From Schmidtea polychroa (taxonomy: Eukaryota): a stretch of DNA of 64,000 nucleotides. The notes under the pieces were generated by a model. The model did no database searches, was not told where the DNA came from, and saw only the letters and a list, made by a program, of their open reading frames with translations. Location of the stretch: positions 44,084,001-44,148,000 of the forward strand of contig CM097885.1 in NCBI GenBank assembly GCA_044892525.1, read 5' to 3'. The translations under genes and the position numbers were made by a program. The first letter of the stretch is position 1; each line of letters starts with the position of its first letter. Positions 49,850 through 62,008 of this stretch are shown here, one piece after another.

Positions 49850-50771
49850 ATACAACATGTGCTTTATATATAGTGTGCTTGCTGTATTAAAACATGACAA
49901 GATTATGAATCATTATGATAGAGTAAGCAAGTAAGCAAGATTAATTATGACCCTATAACTGATTGTTACATTAAGCTGTGTTACATTCCGAAATGTGAGA
50001 GAAAAAAATCTTGATCTAAACCTTGCTATAAGTGTAATTATTATAAATGACGACAATAATAATGACGATGATTATGTGCCACATCATTCCCGTATTGATA
50101 TCATACATAGATCCAAAGTTGTTGATAATATACCTATGTACTTGTTACTTCTTGAAGATGGTGATAATTATCATCATACTGCCATCATTAACTTGCAGCG
50201 TTTGATATATTTTCGTCCTAATATAGATTGCTCGATAATAATTAGAGTTATTTGGTATCCCAATGGCCCTAATGGATTTTGACTACAACATGATTTTGAT
50301 AGACATGTGACATTATGTAGTAAAAATCAGATAGGAACGACTCTTTACACTTTTCCTAAAAATATAAAATTTAATTTCAAAAATTCTTTCAAAAACAATT
50401 ACCCCACCATTAGTAATTTATGAAGATTTCGAATCGGTTTTACCTAAAGATGTAATACATTGTCAAATACATTTTCCAATATCTGCAGACCTTTTACTAA
50501 TTAACAACTACACAAATAGAAAATCATATTATAATTTTATTGGCGATGATTATGTTTTGGAATTTTTGCGTAAGATTGAGGAGATTGCTGACACAATAGT
50601 TCATATTATTATGAAATTCATGGCAAAACACATAAAAAACATATCTACAACCTGTTACTTTTGTAAAAAAAATCTAGAATTTCGAGATCATGATAATTTC
50701 TCTGGCAAGTATCTTGGTGCTGCCTGTAGTAAATGTAATATTTCTCGACGAATTCAAAAACAGCTTATATT
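49850..50771 (+). pseudogene. Polinton/Maverick-type DNA polymerase N-terminal region (endonuclease VII-like) remnant
   Basis: LLLLEDGDNYHHTAIINLQRL, PLVIYEDFESVL and CYFCKK...RDHDNFSGKYLGAACSKCN; cut by a hAT insertion. Confidence 0.7.
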
Positions 50772-51718
50772 CAGTGGCGGATTTAGATTTTGGTGCGTGG
50801 GGGGCGAGGAAAATTTTCAGGGGGCGCCACAAATTATGAAGATGGTACTACTTATTTTCGCGAGTATTGAGTGAATACTAATATTATTAAAAAGCATTAT
50901 ATTCAGTAAATTTATTCTAGTAAATTTATTGATGTAACAAACATACAAGTTTTTTTATTATTTAAATTGCTTCCTGCGTGATTTCATTGAAGCAAAACGA
51001 TTTATAGTCGATTCATATGCCATCATATGCCTGTCCTCTACAAAGTGTAATGTCAATGTTTCGCTTTTGCAACTCCGTTAATAATATATCAGAAAATGCT
51101 GCAGCATTACTGTTTTCCAACGTGTAGAAGCCTATAAATCGTTCAACAACTTGTCCTGATTTTAACACTAATCTTAAAGAAACTGACATCTGATCAACTC
51201 TGGATATATCAATTGTTGAATCAACAATTAGAGAAAAGAATTGTGCAGACCTAACTTCATTATCAATATTTGCGGATAATTCCGAGGCAAGTGATTGAAT
51301 TAGGTCATTTTGTACATCATGACATAAATAAAGTTCATTTTTCTTTTCAAACTTTAGATGATTGTCCAAAGTGGAATCATATTTAGCCAATAAAAATAGC
51401 AATTCACGAAAATTTCCAGTATTACTACACCTGTCAGAGCCAGAATGTTCTCTGTGTCCTCTAAATGGCAAACCTTGTTTTGCTAAAAACAACGTTGCAT
51501 CTACCATTCGTTTCAAAACTTCTCTATTTTTTCCAACTTGATAACGCTCCTGACTGATCAAACCAGATATCACAGTTTTATCATTTGAAATGCGATATTT
51601 AGCCAGCAAATATTGACATATTGCACTTTGATGTTGATTGGAAGTTTCATGTTTAACGATTTTTTCCATGCCTTTTTTCCAGTTATAAACTCCAAAATTT
51701 GGGTCGGACCATTCCTTG
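50772..51718 (-). mobile_element. Deleted second copy of the 18196-21441 hAT element
   Basis: Same TIR CAGTGGCGGATTTAG and near-identical sequence, with an internal deletion at about 51015; truncated by the LTR at 51719. Confidence 0.95.
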
Positions 51719-53378
51719 TGTTGGGCTGAAAACGAGAACTGAGAGTTTGTTTTAATCGATCGAAAATACCTAACACAAAAACCGCAAAGTTGAAAAAATT
51801 TATGACCAAGGTTTAATTTAAAATAAATAAAATAAACTACATTACACATTAAGAATCAATAAACCCCGTATAATAGAATAAAGAGATAAATAAATTTAAC
51901 AGAAAATTCAACACTTAAAAATTTAAATAGAAAAATAATAAAATAGAAAATGGAATTAGTTGAAAATTATTTAAACAATATAAAAATTAAATCGTCAAAA
52001 ATAATAAAATTAATTAGCATTATGTAAATTGTAAAGTTTATAGAATTAAATGGTTATTTAACTTATTAAATTTAAAGAATAAAAATGTTTAAATTAATAA
52101 AAATTAATATAACTCAAATTAGTTAAATTATAAAATTTGTAAAATTAAAATTAATAAAAATTAAATAAGAAATTAATTAAATTTATGAAATTAAAACAAA
52201 TAAATAATTACACACATTCATGCATGTGTGCAAAATCAATTCAATAATTCTCGCACTCTGATTGGATAGAGTACGCATTCAAAATCAGTATAAATACTGA
52301 TCACAAATTCAATTGAAAGACACACTCTCTCACTTTTTCCAACATAGCCACTTAATTTGCAGAACTCTCAGTTTCGATTTTATGCCAACGTGGATGTGGT
52401 AATTTATTTGTTGTTGTTTTCTGTAATTTTTATGGAATATATTAATTAATAAATTTTATATGCTATTAATGTTTCGGTTAAATTTTCTTTAGTGATCCTT
52501 TTTAATGGTTTAAATTCATTTATTCTAAATCATAGTTTTTATTGAATTCAATTATATTATTTGTTGATTGTGTCGATGGTCTGGGCTGGGGAAAAGTTTG
52601 TGGACGGGCGGCACTACGTGCTGTTGGTCGGCAGATATTTCGCCGGTTGAGTCCATCGAGTTAGCGGACAGTGATAGTGATAGGAATGATTAGGGAGTGT
52701 AGTGTCATTTTAGGCCGTTGAGGATTATATTTAGATTTAGATAATGCAGGTGGCTTAGTCACCTTTATTTTTTTATATAAGTGAGTTGGGAGCGAAGATG
52801 GAATAGGTTGAGACCAGTTGAAGATGGATAAAGTTAGATTTATGTAATTTTTCCGACAGCTCAGGATTAGAAACACAGGCAGATCCCTGCTCAAAATCTT
52901 TGAAGAACAATTTAAATATTATGGCAAGTGTGGATTAACTTGAAAATAAGGGCCAATCCCTGCGCAAATTTTTCAAAGGATAATTTAAATATTGTAGGAA
53001 GTGTAGAACAATAATTACTAGCTGGGAAATAAGGACGGATCCCTGCACAAAATTTTATAAGAGAACAATTAGAAATACCCGTAATTGAGGACCAACAACG
53101 ATCCAAAAATAGCATATATAGTGAATAAGGACGTAAGACCTTCTATCGGCAGTCTAGAACCCGAAAAGAAAATCCAATGGGGAGTAGTTTTAGTAATAGA
53201 GCTCACCTGCTCATTGTTTTTTCACCTTTGTGTACAGTACCAACATGGTCGTCGCCATGGGTACACAAATGGTTTAAATTGCAATAGTCATGGAGGTGCT
53301 TAGGAAAGAGTCGAACGATTATGATTACCCCTAACGTATTTTAAATTGTAAAAAGGACACACCCCTAAGTAACCAACA
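51719..53378 (+). mobile_element. 5' LTR (copy D, 1660 bp) of a large LTR retrotransposon
   Basis: TGTTGG...CCAACA termini, homology to solo LTR B, and a PBS 7 nt downstream. Confidence 0.88.
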
Positions 53379-53385
53379 TGATTTT

Positions 53386-53403
53386 TGGGGGCTCAGCCGG
53401 GAT
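53386..53403 (+). promoter_or_regulatory. Primer-binding site, tRNA-Pro
   Basis: TGGGGGCTCAGCCGGGAT, 16/18 match to the classical PBS-Pro TGGGGGCTCGTCCGGGAT. Confidence 0.88.
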
Positions 53404-56364
53404 TCAATCAAAAAATCTGACAAAAATATACAAGTGAAAGTGACGAAATATTTACAACAAAATAAATACGATTCTAATTGATTAGATAAATTGACATTTT
53501 CATATTTAATTAATATCAAGATCATACCACAATTCAATCAATTATTTCAGCACTTTTATATCAATAACTTTATAATTTACTAAAAGCCAGGATGATTTCA
53601 TTATTTATAACTCACAGGTTCACTATATCACATTATTATAATTGACTTTATATGCATCAAGAAAATCGTAGTTAAAAATGAATAGAAAATAAACTTGAAA
53701 TACAGAGCTATTATTGCCTTTATGTATCCAATTTTATTCAACTGCATGCACATTACAATCAATGAATTTGTACACTTTAGACAATTCTATGAATGACTTT
53801 GTTAGCATATTTTTAGTGAGATATTGATGAATAATAATGCTAAATAAACCTCGGAGAACTTATAAAATCACTAAACTTATAGGGTAACTAAAACATTATT
53901 TGATAAACCAGAAAAGTGTCTATTTGCAAGAAACTCAAACGTGCACGCTGTGCTTGTTTCGGTTGGCTTGCGTGTGGATGTGATTTATATCTGTGTTGTG
54001 CTTACATTTGCTGACAAGAATTATCACATTTATTTGTTGAGCAGCCGGTTAAACAGGTTTAAACTTATTCGATAAATCATGTCATCGTCCACTGACAAAT
54101 TGCTGGTAAAAAATAATCGACCAAAAAGAAAAAATATAGCAACCAGAACACTTGAGAAAATGCCAACACAATGTTGTGATAGAACATGTTTGAGTAGTTG
54201 CCTGAAAATTGTGTACATGATGATTTGTTTTGCAGAGCAGTGTTGAAATGTTTTTTTTGTTTGAACTTGCATATTTGAGTCGAAATTAGCCTTATGTCAA
54301 TGGATGGAGTTGAATTGGTTGTGAAGTATCTGGAATCGGTATAAACGTGTTTATAATTCCTGGGCGGCTGTGAGAGTTGATTGTAACTGTGCTTCCAGCG
54401 ATAGCTTGTTGGTATTTGACGACTGGTGTGGTGGTGCATAGTCAATGATTTTTTTTTCTCAGTGCTTTTAAGTCTACCGCTGACGTTGTTGAATGATTCA
54501 AAATCAAGATTAAAGACTGAAAAAATTTGCCGACAACACCTGCTGTCTGTTGTTGGTTTGAGGTGATATCTGAAAAATGGGTATGTGTGTGTAGTAATAA
54601 AATATTCCGGATTTTACTACTCAAGCCCTACGACAGTCTAGGTTGAATATATAATTGTATAGTGTGTGTGCCGGCGGCGTGGCATGGCATGTGTGCAGGT
54701 ATTGATTTTCTAAGTTCATGAAAATCAGCCAATCAGAAACGAGATGTGTAACAGTTATTTATTTTTCGATGTAGATTTCATTTCTTTTAGATTTGGATTT
54801 TGCTGTAATGTTCAGATGAAATTGAAATTATGAGATTAAAAAAAAAAAACGAAAATGGAATTTGTTTTTATTGAATTTAACATGTCTATCAATTGTAATA
54901 ATAATTCGAACATTTTTGAAAATGATGCTGGAAATTTGATTAGTTCTTCGATTCATTGTAATTTCTCTCGGTTCGTTTCGTTGTTTTTGTCAATGTCGAA
55001 TAAAACTTTGAGCGACTATCAAATCTTACATGCAAAACCATCAATGAATATCCATTTGAATTCTTCCCACATCAAATCCATCAATGCGTGGATAGTCAGT
55101 TTATTTTTCTGATATTCTGGATTTAGGTATAGTTAGTGAAGGTATATAATCTGGGTAAGGTACTCATTTCCCCAAAGCACATTTAATTATCACAAATGAG
55201 ACATTCATTTAGCTTTGCCAAATAGGCTTTGTTTTGGATTTAGTTAATTTTAAGATTTTTGTAAAAAATTAATGAATAAAAAAGTAAGATATTTATTTAT
55301 TTGTCCTGATGTGCATTGAATTCTTCACGGTTTATCTAAAATATCAAGAATTTAGGGAAGAATCTTTAATATGATTGTTTATGTGATCGAGTGATGGCCG
55401 AGTGCCGGTTGGTGGGTCGGCTTCGGTTGCGCCGTGGGTTTGTTCCGGTGGATTGTTTCTTTATTTTCAAGAGAGCGGCTTGGAATGGTTATATATACTT
55501 TTCATTGATTTTGGGGACTTTACTAATTGAATTAATTTACTAATTAATGTTTTATAAGTATTTTAAAATTCAGTTTTCAATAAAATTATGTATGGCTTTC
55601 TATTTTCGATTTAATTAGTTAGGATGAGACGGAGGGTTGTCAGATTTGCATGCATGGAAAATGATCATTAATTATGTTATTATGGCATTTTGTACTTGTA
55701 TATAAATTTATATGCACTTAAATAATTATTGTTAGGCAGTAATGGGATAATCAATGTATTGTTTTTGTGGGTACAAATAGAGATATTCTTCGTTGCTTAA
55801 ATTGCATTGGAATGATGAATTAGTAGTCTGTTTTGAGTTTTGTTGTGGAATGATTGTTCTGACTCGTAATAATATTTATGCTATAAAATTATGAAATGTG
55901 AATTTTTGAACAAATATTGCCAAATTGGTGAATGAATGTAGTGATGGTCTTCGTAGTATGGAAATTTCTTGGAAGGTACACTGATAGATGAAGAATTAAT
56001 AGTATGAATGATTATATGCATATGATATATAAGAATGTATGGATTAAGGGGTTTATGAAAAAGTAAGCTACATATGAATCGGGTATTGAGTTGTCGATAC
56101 ATACAGTATATGATAAGGAATGTTTACACCAATTATGCTCTACCTGTAATACTTTCTACACATACCAAGCCAAGGGTAGAGTACCCAAGGATGTTGAAAG
56201 GCGTCGGTAAAAGGAAAAGATTAAACCCTAAAAACGATCGAATAAACATTCAAATAAAAAATATGATAGGACTCGACAGATAACAAAGCACCAAACGATA
56301 AATAAAGCAAGTGATAACCATGCCTTAGCTTCTGCAAATGTGAATCTGAGACGAACGACATTAA

Positions 56365-57907
56365 AGATAAAGAGATGAGTTTACCAGACGAAACGGAGCG
56401 AATCAACAGATTCTACTGAAAGTAAAAGAAAGTGAAGACATGGAAAGACATCGAAACATCACGAATGGAAATAATAACTATATATCATCAACACCTAGAA
56501 TGAACAAAAGCGTTAAGTAAAAGACCAAAAACAAGAACTAAACTTGTCTACAAGATAGATGAAGGGATATAACTCGCTGGTAACTCGAAAAATAAATATG
56601 AACCAAAGACAATCGAGAATAACTATTAAAAAATAAAACCACAGTATAAAAAGGGAGCAAAAATAAAACGAAATAAAATCTTCGTGACAAAGACAGTGAA
56701 AAACTTTGCAAGATAGGCGAACACCACAGACATCAAGGATATGTCGAAAATGAATTTTAAAAATTTATGTAGAACGGCTCAGGAAGTTAACAAAGTAAAT
56801 ACAGAAATTAAGGAAAATAACTACACAAGACACCGGAATAACGTGGTGGATATCGACAAAGGATCCGGCGAAAGAAACCAAGAAGCCCAAGGTTAGCCAA
56901 AGTAATATGAATATACAAGACAGTTATACGTACGATGCTCATATTAATAACCGGAATGAACTATGAAAAATTTTCTAACGTCAACGATAGAGAATGGGAA
57001 ACAATTAGAACCAGACGGGTGAAATATACAGTAAATGTAAGAGTACAGAACGCTAAACTAAGAACAGCGAAAAGAGATCTAGAAAATATCACGAATTACG
57101 AACCCACATACATAGAAAAGGGTTATGACTATATATAGTGTGAACAACATTATAGATAAAGAGATGAGTTTACCAGACGAAACCGAGCGAGTCAACAGAT
57201 TCTACTGAAAGTAAAAGAAAGTAAAGACAAGAAAAGACATCGAAACATCACGAATAGAAATGAACAAAATGAACAAAAGCGTTAAGTAAAAGAACAAAAA
57301 CAAGAACTAAACTTGCTGGTAACTCGAAAAATAAATCTGAACCAAAGACAATCGAGAATAACTGCGAAAAAATAAAATCACGGTACAAAAATAGAGCAAA
57401 AACAAATCGAAATAAAATCTTCGTGACAAAGGCACGAGAACTAAGTTAAAAGGCAGTGAAAAACTTTGCAAAATAGGCGAACATCACAGACACCCAGGGT
57501 ACGTAGAAAATGAATTCTAAAACTTATGTAAAACGACTCGGGAGATTGACAAAGTATAGAGAGAAATCAATGAAAGTAAATATACAAGATACGAGAATAA
57601 CATGATAGGTATCAACGAAAATGATCCAGCGAAAGAAACCAGGAAGCCTAAGGTTAGCCAAAGTAATATGAATATACAAGACAGTTATACGTACGATGCT
57701 CATATTAATAACCGGAAAGAAGTATGAAAAATTATCCAACGTCAACGATAGAGAATTGGAAACAATTAGAACCAGACAGGTGAAATATACAGTAAATGAA
57801 AGAGTACAGAACACTAAACTAAGAACAGTGGGGAGAGATCTAGCAAGTATCACGAATTACGAACCTACATATATAGAAAGGGTGATGACTATATATAGTG
57901 TGAACAA
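56365..57907 (+). repeat. Diverged tandem duplication, two units of about 750-790 bp
   Basis: AGATAAAGAGATGAGTTTACCAGACGAAAC...ATGACTATATATAGTGTGAACAA occurs from about 56365 and again from about 57153. Confidence 0.92.
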
Positions 57908-57929
57908 TGAATATATAAAGGTATATGAT

Positions 57930-57936
<7 letters not shown>

Positions 57937-57974
<38 letters not shown>

Positions 57975-58053
57975 GTGTGTGTATATGTATGTATGTATAT
58001 ATATATATGTGTGTATATGTATATGTGTATGTATGTGTATATATATATATATA
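57937..58053. repeat. (TA)n/(TG)n compound microsatellite
   Basis: Directly visible run. Confidence 0.95.
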
Positions 58054-60645
58054 TCAGCGCGGTATAATTAGTATATAACTTTGGGAAATAAAATGTAATA
58101 AAATTCAGATAAAAGATTAGGAATCAATGTAGGTGAATTAATAGAATGAAACGGATCACAATGGAAATCAATCCCAATACCGCCACAGGAGAAATATGGA
58201 AGCAGAAAGGCGTCATATTATCGTAAATAACACTAGCTATACAGAAGCAAGGAATCTCATGGAGGAACAATCTAATCGAAAATTTAATAATGAATTTGTT
58301 CATGAGAGAATAATCAAGGATCAGAGAGGAAAAATTGAACTAAAGTAAAGAGAAATGGAACGACTCTAATGATAAAGCCGAATGCAAGAAATGAACTACT
58401 AAGAAAACTGAGGAAAACAAAGAGAGAAAGATATGGTCAGAATGTAACGGAGAATATAAGACGGGAAAAGGAAACGGGAAAACGAAAACGCAAGGAGCTG
58501 AAGATGAAGTACAAATAGTTATAACAAATCCAGCATAGTATTCATTGAAAATTGTTATAAGATGATGAGTAAAATATTCCGAGGGGAGGTGGAATGATCA
58601 GAAGAACACCGTATCCGTATTTTGCGTAAAGGAGGAAAAACAACGAACTATCAGCAGGGTCATAACATGGAAAAGAGACGGTAAGGGCAGAACTGAGTGC
58701 CAAAAAGAGGACTAATTGTATATAAATAATCGCATATATCGGTGTATACACCCCAACCAAAAATGATATATAATAAAGTAGAGGACCGATCACCATAAAC
58801 AAAGATAAAATAATGCGAAAATCAAAAATATTAAAATCTACACTTATTTAAGAGTAAGGAAAATTAATCAGAGAAAATGGACGTCTAGAAAATATGGTAG
58901 AGAGGACACGAGAACAAAATACTGAGAACCGAGAGAACACATAATAATAAATAAAATAATGAATGTCGGGGACGACATTTTGCGAAGACGCGGAGGAAAA
59001 ATGAGATCAAACTAGGACAACAACAAACGGTAGATCAAGATGAAAGTCAAAATGGACATGAGCAATAATAGGAACAATCGGGAAAAATTATACAAAAACA
59101 TGATTCACAGAAAATGAAGAGCGCACATATATCAAAATAGAATGTGAATAAATAAACACGATAAAAATGACAAGGAAAACACAAAACGAAATGAACAAAC
59201 AGGAAACAATAAGTAACAAATTCACAGAAAAAAAAGCAAGGTCAAAGACATTTGAATGAAAAATCAAAATTACGAGAAACAACAAATATAAAATGAAACG
59301 CGATACAATATAATAGAACAAAAGTGAAAGCTTAACATCATGACACGGAAAATTAGAATAACAAGAGACACTAACAAAAATGAGACAAATTAGAAACATT
59401 GAACAAAAGTTTTAGTTATGGAAAACGAAGATACTGCCTACTTTTACTATGGAGCAAAAAGTTACAATAATGAAAAACGAACGGACTGTCTACTTTTATT
59501 ACGAAACAAAAAGATACAATCGTGGGAATTTCAATGATAAATTTGAATAAATTCAGAAATAATAGAAACAATAATATCAACCACTCCAGGAACAGCTAGG
59601 GAGAAATGCGTACAGATGTAGATATCCAGATATAGGTGGATATATGTATATGAATATATGTTTATGGATAAGGGTATATGTATAAGTATATGCGTGTATA
59701 TGTAGACATAGATAAACAATTAAATGAGATAATGAAAATAAATGACCAATCAAAGTTACGCGCCAAAAGTAAAATTGCAAATAGATGCGGAAATAAGTAA
59801 AAATTTAAAATACAGGGAGAGGAACAACGAGGCCCATAAACAGAAAAACAACAAACAAATTTTGAAAAAGTAAAATATACGAAATGAGAAACATTATGAC
59901 GGGGAAATCAGTGAGAGGTCACATAAAAAAAAAAAAAAAAAAAAAAAAATCAAAGCTGAGGAAAATATACAAATACGGAAGCGATAAATTACAAAATTGA
60001 GCAGGGATGTTTCGTAAATAAACCATTAACGAATAGAAGGGTAACGAATAAAATGGATAAACTAATATTACGAGTAATGCGAGAGGGATCTGCCTGAGGA
60101 AATAGTGAGCATATTAACGAGAAACAAGTCAACCAAAGCGGTAAGAGTAAAAGCGATAGCAATAAGACGTTAACTAGACAAGAGACGTGGATATATTTAG
60201 AATAATGAAGAAGGACCAAGAGTAATCGAGATAAGTAGATTAAGAGCACGACGTAAAAATGAGAATAAAGTATTACGAAAATTGAGAGCAAATGAATAAG
60301 GAAATTTTTTCTGTTAGGATTTAGGACATCCACAACCTATGAGCTACGCTCAGCGTAGTACGGATAAGACCAGGAAAGTACCAACTGTTCTGACGAAAGA
60401 TGTGGAACAGGGCCCATCGCATATACTGGAACATCTCTGCGTGTGACTGATCACCACACGATCGGAGATCGACCAGTGCGAGTGTTTCGCATCCAGAGTC
60501 AGGAGAGTGGGGAAAACCTGGAACAGTAGTAAAAAGAAGCATGCAGGAGAAATAAAAGGAAGACCAAGTAACTGGAAAAAGACAAAGCGAAGTAAAGAGA
60601 AACAATTAGAGCTTAAAGACTAAATTCATAAGATAACCAGTAGAC

Positions 60646-60925
60646 GAATAATAGATGCGAATAATAGATGCGAATAATAGATGCGAATAATAGATGCGAA
60701 TAATAGATGCGAATAATAGATGCGAATAATAGATGCGAATAATAGATGCGAATAATAGATGCGAATAATAGATGCGAATAATAGATGCGAATAATAGATG
60801 CGAATAATAGATGCGAATAATAGATGCGAATAATAGATGCGAATAATAGATGCGAATAATAGATGCGAATAATAGATGCGAATAATAGATGCGAATAATA
60901 GATGCAAATAATAGATGCGAATAAG
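60646..60925 (+). repeat. 13-bp minisatellite (CGAATAATAGATG), ~21 copies
   Basis: Head-to-tail, nearly invariant units with no spacers; followed by a ~120-bp duplication (about 60930-61190). Confidence 0.97.
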
Positions 60926-62008
60926 AGATACGAATATAAATGAGAATAATGGCTACGAATAGGAACGGAAATAACAGACGTGAATATAGACGAGAATGTA
61001 AAAGGAAAGATAAACGAGAATATAGATGAGTACCTGGAAAGAAACATAGACGCGAATATAAACGAGAATAATAACTACGAATAATAAACGGAAATAACAG
61101 ACGTAAATATAGATGAGAAGGTAAAAGGAAAGATAAACGAGAATATAGATGAGTACCTAGAAAGAAACATAGACGGGAATATAAATGAGAATACAGCCGA
61201 AGTCATTGACAGATATATAACTGAAAATAAGTAAGATCGTGAAGGAAAAAGACGAAAAACGAATTGAAAATAGACAACCGTGTAGGAGAATAGATGAGAA
61301 TATAGAATGAATAATGGAGAACCGAGTCAAGAATAATAAATAAGTCTAAAAATTGGTAACGATAATGGAAAAAGAGAGATATAAAGGACGACCAATAAGG
61401 TAAACGGAGGAAATTATAAAAATCGGAAACAAACATGAACAGAATAAAGACTACATCAATGAAGAAAACTAAGATAGAAACAAGAATACAAGTAATGTAA
61501 GTCAATAGATAGAGATAAGCCAAGGAAAAAAGACAGTTAAAGTAGAGAAAACTATAGAAACGAAGAAAAGGAGTGTGAATTAAATAAGAAGGATCGAAAA
61601 AAATTACGTAGGAATTTGAGAACCAATGTGTAAACAAAACTAACGACGAAATGAATATTAAGATATGCCGGCACCCAAAGAAACCAAAGTAAAAATATTG
61701 CAATTGCACTATATAATATATATATTACAATTTATAAATATAATAAACGATAGGGAGAAGTGATATTTTTCTATTCAGGTAAATCAATCAATCAAGCCAA
61801 CAGCCAAGTATCAGCAACCAACTAGAAGTTATTGTCAAACAATTAAGCCAAGTTCGGAAATATTGAACCAATAACAAAGCATACCAGATCAAAACAGTTA
61901 ATAATAGAACCAAGTTTATTGAAAGAAGAAGAAACTGAAAACAGAAATAATAAAAGTGACATAAACCTAATAAAAGAAAAGACAAACGGAAAAAGAATAC
62001 AATTAGAG

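Noticed and set aside
46074..53378. Copies B and D as terminal inverted repeats of one 7.3-kb DNA transposon
   Set aside because: B has its own 4-bp TSD and D is followed by a PBS; they are independent, diverged LTRs in opposite orientation.
60613..61047. CRISPR-like array or repetitive protein (IIRIYYSHLLFAS)n
   Set aside because: It is a pure 13-bp tandem repeat with no spacers and no cas genes; the ORFs are by-products.
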